Assembly: GCA_051294375.1 (NCBI GenBank) | Contig: JBJCIZ010000114.1 | Span: forward strand, 1 to 13,063 | DNA: 13,063 nucleotides | DNA from: Paraspadella gotoi | Lineage: Eukaryota; Animalia; Chaetognatha | Direction of reading: 5' to 3' | Shown here: piece by piece, positions 1-8,394 of the stretch | Position numbering within the stretch: position 1 is the stretch's first letter | How the letters are laid out: each line of letters begins with the position of its first letter | The notes under the pieces: generated by a model | Seen by the model: only the letters and a program-made list of their open reading frames with translations | What the model was told of the DNA's origin: nothing | Database searches by the model: none | Made by a program: the position numbers and the translations under genes

Positions 1-103
1 AGGATTTCCGCTACCCCCCATATAGTATAGTTAGCCTGTCCCAACAGTTAAAAATGCCAAGCTTATATTTTTTGAAATGTTTAAGTATTGTGGCCTCGGT
101 CTT

Positions 104-181
104 ATATTCAGGTGGCGGGCCAAATTCACCACATCAACCTATATCTATAATAGAGACGATTCCGCAATATAATTTGATGAC
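104..181. repeat. Left arm of the transposon's imperfect subterminal inverted repeat (partners 4137-4166 and 6301-6385)
   Basis: tagagacgattccgcaatataatttgatgac (151-181) vs reverse complement of 4137-4166 tagagtgattccgctatatatttctttgac. atattcaggtggcgggccaaattcac (104-129) vs reverse complement of ~6361-6386 atattggtgcggcgggtataattcac. Confidence 0.75.
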
Positions 182-551
182 CAATGATACAATCTTTCCT
201 TTTAAATAAGAAAATTTTATAAAAACGTATCACTTTCACACACGGAACCTTTTCTTTATCAAAAAATGAAAATCAGTAAACTCACAAATTCTCGCATCCT
301 TATTGGCTGAAATTGGTCACGTGACATCTCAATTTTTTTTTCTCGCTCAATACTAACATTAATATAGAGAGATATTTAATCAGGTAATCGTGTATTTCAA
401 ATTTATATTATCTTACTGACAGATAAAATAAAAATTGTACATTTAAGCAACATAAAAACGTAAATTGTAATAAGGCAGTATTATTTTAATTGAAATTCTA
501 AAATGAAATAACAAGCGCAAAAAATTAACAAAAATGAGACCAAAAAAAATA

Positions 552-3500
552 TTAAACAAGTTGCGCGAAATCTTTCTTCGTTTCCGCTTTGGGGAATTCC
601 TCCCTCGATTCAAGCCGTGCGCGCAAAAAATTGTCTCTCTCATCGTGGCCGGCGATTTTTCCACAAACCTCCGTTAAATCCCGAATAACGCGTTCGACAG
701 ATTGAGTATGAGTAGGGAAAGGTGGAAGATCCAATTTGCTCAATATTAGATTTTGCAAATCGGATATCTTGAGATCGCACGTGAGAATCGACTCGTAAAT
801 GGGAGTAGAATCCCAGTCGATCAACTCAGTGAGAGTTTTTGCATTGATATTTAACTTAGGTGGGACAAACTTTCGCACTGATTTGTCTCCCATATCACTT
901 CCTTGTCGAAGATTAACAATTTTTCGGACTGCAAATGCTCGTAAATTGGGATCATCGTTAGAGAGAAGACTGACAAGCAAATTTTCTGGGTGAGCGTTCC
1001 AGGACTTCACATAGGGAGAAACAATATCAGTTATTGCCTTAGGCAGAAGAAGAAGACGCTGGACTTGAAATAATGTATGATCGGCAGCGTTGGCGATGTG
1101 AGGGTGTGATTTTATAAAGAACCACGCGGGAATGTAATTGGTAACCGTATAAAAAATCAGTTTACGTAAATTTTCCTTAATTTTTCCTTTAAACGAGTGT
1201 TTGGATAGGTAAAGACGGCCTAACCGACAAGCCAAAGTCAGCCACCGAGAGTGGGAAATGGGACCCGGCTTTAAGGTTTTGAGTTGAGGCACAATCTTTC
1301 CACTTTGAATTGATTTTAAAACGAGAAAAAGGTATTTTTGATCAGATGATAAGTCAGAAAAGAAATTATCCACTGGCGGAATCTCTGGAACATCAGAGAT
1401 AGGACTGAACTTATCGTTCCAAACAAGATTCTCCACTTTCGGTAGAATTTTCCCTATTGGACCTTTAAAAGAGTTATTTCCAGTCGTTGGGCCATCAAGA
1501 GCTTGGAAAAGATGTCGTAGGCCTAACTCATTAGTGTGCAAGTCGCACACCACCCAATGAACTTTTTCCCCTTTGTGGTCTTCAATTTTTTTCACTATTC
1601 CACCAAAAGGGCCAGTGTTTACAGCAGTGGAGTCAACACCAACAACTTTCAAGTCCTCAGTGAGATCGTTCTCATCTAAATAAGCCATTATTGCTTTGGT
1701 CGTAGGTTCTGCCGCTTTTCCAGTTGGTGTCACATGAGTGAGAAATTTTCCATCCGGTTGTGACAGCAAAACAATATGTTCTTTTTTTTCTCGTAGTTGC
1801 CGATAAACACCGTCGTTTTCAATAACTTCTAAAGTTTCGATTTCTTTTCCGTCGAAATAAATGCCTTCCACAACGTCCTCTTTTAATCGTTGAGCCTCTT
1901 TCTGTCCGCAGTTTTCACGATATTTTTTTTTTTCACGTCTAATTCGCTGTCGATCGATGACGCATGAGTGGTCGTGGGAGGTGACGATGCCAAAGTCGAC
2001 GAGGACAGCAGTGGCGATCGCCGCGGTCAAGCGATCCGACGCTCCCCATCTCATCGCCTCGCGCGCCGTCGTCGAGAGTGGCGGAATTCGATGAGACTCC
2101 TCTGAAAAAGTAACAAAATTGTTTTAATATATGTTTTATCTATTCTAAATTATTCTTATATTTTTTAAATCTATTTAATTTATTCGTTTTTGCATTTTTT
2201 TGGGATACAACGATACTGATTAATTACTACAACTACATAACTTAGTATAATATACAAAGATCATTCAGTATAAAACTACATACTATGTTCCGTGCACAAT
2301 AGAAACTACAGGTGAAAATATTTGTTAATGCAATACCTTTATCAAAAAACGATAATGAATCCTGCGGTTTTTAAAAAAAAATCGGTAAGATTAAGAAAAC
2401 TAATTTGGTTTTTTTTAAATAATTTGTTTTTACCTTTTAAATTCAGGTAAAACAAAATTTTCGTGGAACAACAATTAAATTTTATTTAGTATAAAATTGG
2501 ACATGTTTCGACTCGGTTTTTTCGAAGCATGTCCAATTTTATACTAAATAAAATTTAATTGTTGTTCTATGAAAATTTTATTATACCTGAATCCAAACAA
2601 ACAACAAAAAGAAAGGCTTAACACAATACCTTTTAAATTAAAAACAACTTCGTCAAGTAGCGGAGATACTTCTTGTTCCGCCAAACATTCGTTCAGCTGC
2701 TGTTGGCGCCATATTTCTTCCTCTACCTTCTCCTCGACAACCATGGCAGATTGTTTGGCTTTGAAATTTCTATCGCGAGCCTGTAATTTAAAAAAAAACA
2801 TTACTAAGGACAGAAACTGTTATTATGGTTGGCGGCATCCGATCAATAGATTTCATGTTTAAAAATAATAAAAATACGATCTTGGAAAATGAATAAGTCG
2901 CCAAAACTTTTGACCAACTTTTGCCAACTTTAATATCAAAATAGGGGGGAAAATATTATAACATTATTATAACATTATTTCTTCTGAATTTTAAATTAAA
3001 AGCTAAAAAAGTCACTAAAACTATAAAAAAGTTTTGTCGATTCATTCATTTTCCAAGATGGAAAATATACTAGAAACACCTCTGGCATACACATTCAAGG
3101 GCAAACCTAAGATCAAACTCGATCCCCTAAAGTTTATAAGTGTTTTATTTTTTTAATTACTCACCTTTCTCTCTTCCGTCTTCTGTAATCTTTTGGTTGT
3201 TGCAATATCAAGTCGTCCGATCTGGAGACGAGGAGGTTGAGAATCCCGTTGACGTTGCACATAAATGAATTCCCATTCCGCAGGTGGAATTTTTTCAGCC
3301 AGAGCGCACCCGCAGTTGATTTGTACAGATTCATCCCCGTCCTTTTCCATTCGACACTGGCAGTTTAAAACTTCGAAGATTCGGTCGAGTTTTGCCTCAA
3401 AATGTTGACGTTTGGTGTCACGGGAACTACTTCGTTGAAAGTACAATTGTTTTTCGCGAGCACGCAGGATTCTTTTAGAGATGCAACGTAGTTCGACAAG

Positions 3501-3819
3501 AGATAGGGATGTGCTTGCCCGAGAATAAACATTTATTATTTCTCTTGCAATGTCATCGAACAGAGCAAAGTTGACCGGACGACCTCCTTCCTATAAAGTG
3601 TATTCAGTTGATTTTCAGTAAAATACTTAACATCATTATATTAATCGATGCACATAAGATTACAGTAAAAAACAATCTCACCTGAAGTAATGAAACGTAA
3701 GCTAAAACATCACGTAAGGTTGGGAGATCGGAGAGCGGCAAGGGCTTCGAAGGTCCGACAAGCGAACTCGAGCCGCTTCTTGAGTTTATGCGTTTTTTAC
3801 TTTTTTTTAATTTAGGCAT
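552..3819 (-). CDS. hAT-like DDE transposase, 4 exons: 3819-3682, 3590-3165, 2780-2630, 2101-552 (2265 nt, ~754 aa)
   Basis: All introns are GT..AG (CAG|GTGAGA..TTTATAG; AAG|GTGAGT..TTACAG; AAAG|GTATTG..TTTTCAG) and phases 0,0,1 join the ORF-track pieces into one open frame. Motifs: YFDG (D at 1851-1853), GVDSTAVNTG (D at 1632-1634), VCDLHTNEL (CxxH), HSRWLT (RW), HTQSVER (E at 693-695). Basic NLS-like N-terminus MPKLKKSKKR. Confidence 0.88.
2441..2592. repeat. Long near-perfect palindrome/foldback (~71-bp arms, ~10-nt loop) in transposase intron 3
   Basis: 2441-2511 attcaggtaaaacaaaattttcgtggaacaacaattaaattttatttagtataaaattggacatgtttcga is the reverse complement of 2522-2592, with about 5 mismatches. 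Confidence 0.92.
2879..3059. repeat. 33-bp inverted repeat pair around a ~115-bp AT-rich spacer (MITE-like) in transposase intron 2
   Basis: atcttggaaaatgaataagtcgccaaaactttt (2879-2911) vs reverse complement of 3027-3059 atcttggaaaatgaatgaatcgacaaaactttt; 3 mismatches. Confidence 0.82.
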
Positions 3820-4204
3820 GTTTTTATTGCGCAGAGAAATTAAAAAATGTTTTAAACAGATTTATAAAGTATTTTTAGGATGAAAATTATATTCGCATTT
3901 ACGAGAATTTTCCTCTTCTTCAGCTGTCTAAATCTAAATTGATTCTCATTGGTTGTTTTTTTTTAAATTCGCTTGCGTTAGCCAATCATATTTTTGTTCA
4001 TTCGAAACGGCGGAAAATTTTAATTAAAATCTTTTGAGATGAAACGTATTTAAAAATTCAGTAATATATATCCCGTGTGTAAACGTTCGCAATATTTTTT
4101 ATTATTTTTTTCATTTTTCAATAATTTTAGGTACGCGTCAAAGAAATATATAGCGGAATCACTCTAGTTTTGACTTTATTCCGCCTTACTTTACTTCGCC
4201 TTAG

Positions 4205-6350
4205 GTGCACATAGAAACTACAGGTGAAAATATTTGGTTTAATGCACAATATCCTTTTCAAAAAAAGGATTAATTGAATCCTGGTTTTTTAAAAAAAAAT
4301 CGGAAAGATAGAAATCAAATTTGGTTTTTTTTAAATCAATTTGTTTTTTACCTTTTAAATTCAGGTAAAACAAAATTTCGTGGACAACACATAAATTTTA
4401 TTTAGTATAAAATATGACATGTTTCCGACTCGGTTTTTCTTCGAAGCATGTCCCAATTTTTATACTAAAATAAAATTTAATTGTTTGTTCACGACTATGA
4501 AAATTTATTATACCTGAATCCACAACAAACAACAAAAGAAAGGCTTAACAACAATACCTTTAAATTACAAACAACTTGCCGTCAAGTCGGAGATACTCTT
4601 GTTCCGCAAACATATCGTTCAGGCATCTCTGTTGGCGGACCATTGAATATTCTCCTCTACTTCTCTCTCAACAACCATAGGCAAGATTGTTTGGCCTTTG
4701 AAATTATTCTATCTGGCGATGTCCTGTAATTTAAAAAAAAGCATTACAAAGGACATGGAAACCCTGTTATTATGGTTGGCGGCAATTCGATCAATTAGAT
4801 TCATGTTAAAAATAAAAAAATAACGATCCTTGGAAAATGAAAGTAGTCGCCAAAAACTTTTTGACCCAACTTTGCCAACTTTAAGAATAAGTAATAGGGG
4901 GTAAATATTATACATTATTATAAAACATTATTTTCTGAATTTTAAATTTAAAAGCTAAAAAGTCACTATAAACTATAAAAAAGTTTTGTCGATTCAATCA
5001 TTGTTCCAAGATGGAAATATTATCTAGATAACACCTCTGAGCATAACACATTCAAGGGCAGAACCTAAAGAATAAACTCATCCTCCTCAAGTTTATAAGC
5101 TGTGTTTATTTCTTTATTAATTTACCACTCTTTGCTTCTCCGTCTGCTGTAATCTTTTGGTTGTTGCAAAATCCAGGCAAGTTCGTGGTCCGATTGAGTT
5201 ACTGGTGAGGTGGGTTTAGATTGCGTTTGACTGTATGCATCGATAAATGATAGTCCCATTCTTCGTCATGTTTTGGGATTTTTTCAGCCAGGAGCAGCAG
5301 CCTTGCAGTTGATTTGGGTGACAGATTACTATCCCCGTCACTTTTTCTAATATCGACATGCACTTGGCAGCTTTTTAAAATAATCTTTCGAAAGGCTATC
5401 GGCTCGAACTAGTTTATTGCCTCTTTATAATGTTGACTTTGGTGCACGGGAAATACTTTTCGTTGAAAAGGTTACGAATTGTTTTTCGCCTGAGCACGCA
5501 GATTCTTCTTAGAATCGCAACGTAGTTGCATCAAAGATATGGCGAGATTGCTTGGCTCCTAGAATAATACATTTAAACTTATTTCGTCTTGCAATGATCA
5601 GTCTGATACAGTAAGACAGAAGTTGACCTGTATCGACTCTATTCCTATAAAGTGTGTACTTTATGTTTTTTGATTTCATGTAAAATTACTTAATCATCAC
5701 TTATATAACTCCGAGTTGCACATGAAGATTACTATTAAAAAACAGACTCACCTCGAAGTAATGGAACGTAAGCTTAATAAGCATCTATGTTCGTAAGGTG
5801 GAGATCGAGAGGGGTCAAGCTTTCGAAGTGTCTTGATCATAGCGATACTTCGAGGGCCGTTCGTTTTGAGTTGTATCGCGATTTTTTTTGACTTGTTTTT
5901 TAATTTAAGGCATGTTTTATTGCGAGCAGAGAGAATAATAAAAATGTGTTTTAAACAGTATTTTATATAAGGGTTAAGTTCTTTAGGATGAAAAGTTATA
6001 TTCGCCAAAATTTCCCGGCCAATTTACCGAGAAATTTTTCCCCCCTCTTCCTTCACTGATCTAAAATCTAAATTATTCTCATCTGGTGTGTGTTTTGTTT
6101 TTTAAATTCGCCGCCTTTGCGATTACCAATCATATTTTTGGTTCATATCGAAGCGGCGGAAAATTTAATTAAATAGTCATTTTGAGATGCGAAACGTATT
6201 TAAATATTCAGGTATATTTATATTTTTATTCTCTGTGTGTAAACCGTTCGAATATTTTTTTTTTATATGTTTTTTCATTTCAAGTAATTTTTAGTGTACG
6301 GTCGCAAATGAAATATATAGCGGACAAATTCACTCTATTTTGACTTTATT
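4205..6350. repeat. Direct tandem duplicate of 2292-4180 (transposase exons 1-3, introns and upstream region), heavily corrupted by small indels; probable unpolished-read artefact
   Basis: Colinear from gtgcac(a)atagaaactacaggtgaaaata (2292 vs 4205) to tgactttatt (4171-4180 vs 6341-6350). The copy is ~2146 bp versus ~1889 bp, and the differences are mostly scattered 1-3 nt insertions. Confidence 0.93.
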
Positions 6351-6468
6351 TCGAGAGCTAGTGAATTATACCCGCCGCACCAATATCAATAACTAATGTT
6401 TTAATTTAAATTTAAATAATATTAATTACTATTAATATTCCTCAAATATCAATACCTTCCCTCTACAG

Positions 6469-6624
6469 AATCCCGCGAAACCCACCTCAGAAGAATCACC
6501 CAACTCTTCCGTGGATCTTCCTCCCGACTCCCTCGACGAGGCTTCCCTCCGCCAAAGCGTCGACATGATCGTCAACTCCTTCGGCAAAGCGGCCGTCGCC
6601 TCTCTGGCCGCCGTGGCCAATCAG
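6469..6624 (+). CDS. Putative internal exon of an unidentified host gene (NPAKPTSEESPNSSVDLPPDSLDEASLRQSVDMIVNSFGKAAVASLAAVANQ)
   Basis: GC-rich island in AT-rich DNA, bounded by a polypyrimidine acceptor ccttccctctacAG and a donor CAG|GTGACG; 156 nt, open, phase 0/0. Confidence 0.6.
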
Positions 6625-6746
6625 GTGACGGGGCTCTAATAATAGTAGGATGGTTTAAAAAGAACGTCTAATGTGCGGCCACGAGCGAGATAATTTTTAT
6701 ATTGGTTAGACCAATTGTGGATAAGGCGCCAAGTGGGCTGAATCTT

Positions 6747-6765
6747 CCGCGCCCCCTGTTGGACA
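6747..6765 (-). promoter_or_regulatory. CTCF-like motif (minus strand TGTCCAACAGGGGGCGCGG)
   Basis: One mismatch to the CTCF core CCACCAGGGGGCGC in an otherwise AT-rich intron. Motif match only. Confidence 0.35.
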
Positions 6766-7347
6766 TAAACTCATTGGAATTTGTTACTCTTGATTTCTTT
6801 TTGTAAAAGCGTTTTAAAATATAAACAATCAATATTTGTTGGTTATTATTTCATTAATATGTTCTAACCACGATTTCTTTTTAAAACAGATTGTAATAAT
6901 ATTAATTAGCAATGGTCTGATTGTTTCCCGATGCTTGCTTTTACTTACCTCCAGTTCTAGATCATGCTTTGATCTCTGAGAATCGCGATTCAACCTGATT
7001 TCTGCCAGCAATATTGATGTTCTTCGAAGGTGAGGGAGAGACTGAAACCTCCGCTCATCACCCCTAAGCAGCAATGGAAAGGGTCCTGGGCTTTGTACCA
7101 GGTTTGAGGGTTTTCCATTCCCCCAAGGCGGTTTCCGGCGATCCTCACGCTTCCCGGTACCTGATGATATTAAACTATTGTATTACTCAATGAGCTGAAG
7201 TGTGTCATGCGTGAAGGCGGAGTGAACTTATGCAATGAGCGACTACAAAACCTCATAAAACTACGTTCATAGTATTTTAATCTATTAAAAACCTGCTTGC
7301 AACTCTGACTGACTTTTGAAATAATATCATTGTGATCTGTAACAAAG

Positions 7348-7600
7348 AACGCCGTCGCCTGCAACGTCGCCGAGGCCCTCGGAGCGGACGCCGACTCTTC
7401 GCCGCGCGCCTTCGACGCCGCGCGGCTTCGATCCAGCGCCGAAACGGCTCTGCGCACCGGTGCGGCCATTCGCTCCAGCGGAGAAGCGGCTCTTCGGTCG
7501 AGCGGAGAGATGGGGTTTCTCTTCAGCCCGGAGGTCGGCTTGAGATCGAGCATTCGAACTTCTCGGGAAAGATCACCTCTACGTCACGTCAGCTTTGGAG
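7348..7600 (+). CDS. Putative next exon of the same gene (NAVACNVAEALGADADSSPRAFDAARLRSSAETALRTGAAIRSSGEAALRSSGEMGFLFSPEVGLRSSIRTSRERSPLRHVSFG)
   Basis: GC-rich island, open frame in phase 0 matching the previous exon, weak AAG acceptor at 7345-7347, donor GAG|GTGGGT at 7601. This frame is absent from the ORF track. Confidence 0.5.
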
Positions 7601-7623
7601 GTGGGTGGAATTGTGCGGTTAGA

Positions 7624-7633
7624 NNNNNNNNNN
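7624..7633. other. Assembly gap (10 N)
   Basis: Run of N; true distance and linkage across it are unknown. Confidence 1.
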
Positions 7634-7647
7634 GAGAGAGAGAGAGA
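7634..7647. repeat. (GA)7 microsatellite abutting the gap
   Basis: gagagagagagaga; probably longer and a likely cause of the contig break. Confidence 0.9.
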
Positions 7648-7908
7648 CCATATCACTAGCAAATCGACAAATAACAATTGACCATCCGGCCTTCCGGCCG
7701 ATTAAAACTGTCTCATGCCGACACAGTCCTTAAGAATTCATTTAAAAAAAAAATTACAATTAAAATGTAATAACTTTTTTAACGAACTTGCTTACCCTTT
7801 AATAAGATTCCTAGATGATTCAAGGTACAAAAACCAGTTTTTCTTCTTTCCTTTTAAAATCTTTAACCTTTAACCGATTTAACTTTAAAAGGATAAAGCC
7901 AATTTTGG

Positions 7909-8281
7909 TTATGACAAGTATCCGGTATTTGTTTCAATGTAACCGCATACACCAGAAGAATTGTAATATACGAGTATATTTTGGTAATGGAGAAAACGGT
8001 GCAATAACAGATATTTGGACTTAATTGTTAAGTCGTCATCGGCGGCTCCTGTTGAGTGTTGATCTCGCCACTCATTGTTCGCAGATCGCGCTTATCAATT
8101 CTATCATTAGATACGGGCTTTCAAAAGATCTGAAGAAGGTCGCTTATCCCATTCGGGATGAGTTGCTAACTCCATAAGTTTATCAATTAGAAAGCTTTTG
8201 ATCTTAAAAGATTCCGTTAAAATTTTTCACATTATCCTCCACAAATTCTTCTAGAGGATTCTGATAATCTGCAATAGCACA
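7909..8281 (-). pseudogene. Inverted paralogous fragment of the receptor's cytoplasmic kinase-like domain
   Basis: Minus strand 8281-8140 aligns with 12215-12376: CAIADYQNPLEEFVEDNVK/ILTESFKIKSFLIDKLMELATHPEWDKR vs CAIADDQISLEETMAMNVKKIGDILRILTESFEIKNFLINNLIEVATHPEWQKR, with a 20-nt frameshifting deletion. It continues PSSDLLK/PYLM and, after a shift, KSKYLLLHRFLHYQNILVYYNSSGVCGYIETNTGYLS*. The portion below 8140 is less certain. Confidence 0.8.
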
Positions 8282-8355
8282 TTACTTAAATCGACAAAAA
8301 ATATATATTTTTTTTCTTATTGCACCGTTTTGTCTATTATGAAAATATACTCGTA
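7969..8355. repeat. 39-bp inverted repeat (7969-8007 / 8317-8355) flanking the inverted paralog fragment
   Basis: ttattgcaccgttttgtctattatgaaaatatactcgta vs reverse complement ttattgcaccgttttctccattaccaaaatatactcgta, 35/39 identical. Confidence 0.85.
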
Positions 8356-8394
8356 CATATGCTGGGATCCGTTATCTTTGAAAAAAGGGAAACA

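Larger units (their letters stand above)
32..6385 (-). mobile_element. hAT-superfamily DNA transposon (hATm-like), autonomous type. The left terminus is probably TAGCCTGTCCC at 32; the right terminus is unresolved and the span includes the noisy duplication.
   Basis: Encodes a DDE transposase with CxxH and RW motifs. Bases 104-181 are an imperfect inverted repeat of 4137-4166 and 6301-6385. A TAG start fits hAT termini. No matching right terminus or 8-bp TSD was found. The hATm subgroup call is from recall of the family and is less certain. Confidence 0.75.

Noticed and set aside
443-993. ORFs 443-664 (-) and 799-993 (+)
   Set aside because: Alternative-frame or antisense shadows of the transposase exon, with no motifs.
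4481-6008. ORFs 4481-4729, 4709-4915 and 5748-6008
   Set aside because: Chance frames within the indel-corrupted duplicate.
6756-6765. ctgttggaca as the right TIR matching tagcctgtcccaacag at 32-47
   Set aside because: Only about 10 nt match with a gap, the terminal GGCTA is missing, there is no TSD, and it lies ~370 bp beyond the subterminal repeat.
6432-7622. ORFs 6432-6620 (-), 6829-7074 (-), 7170-7553 (-) and the Arg-rich 7332-7622 (+)
   Set aside because: The GC-rich ones are better explained as antisense or off-frame readings of the splice-bounded + strand exons; 6829-7074 has no recognisable features.
7657-7700. Possible Helitron 3' end on the minus strand (cggccggaaggccgg hairpin followed by CTAG|T)
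   Set aside because: The hairpin is imperfect and ~26 nt from CTAG, further than typical; no other support.
8320-8394. TTG start for the LRR gene given in the ORF track
   Set aside because: Eukaryotic gene; ATG 8395 directly precedes the signal peptide, and the upstream stretch is part of the inverted repeat.
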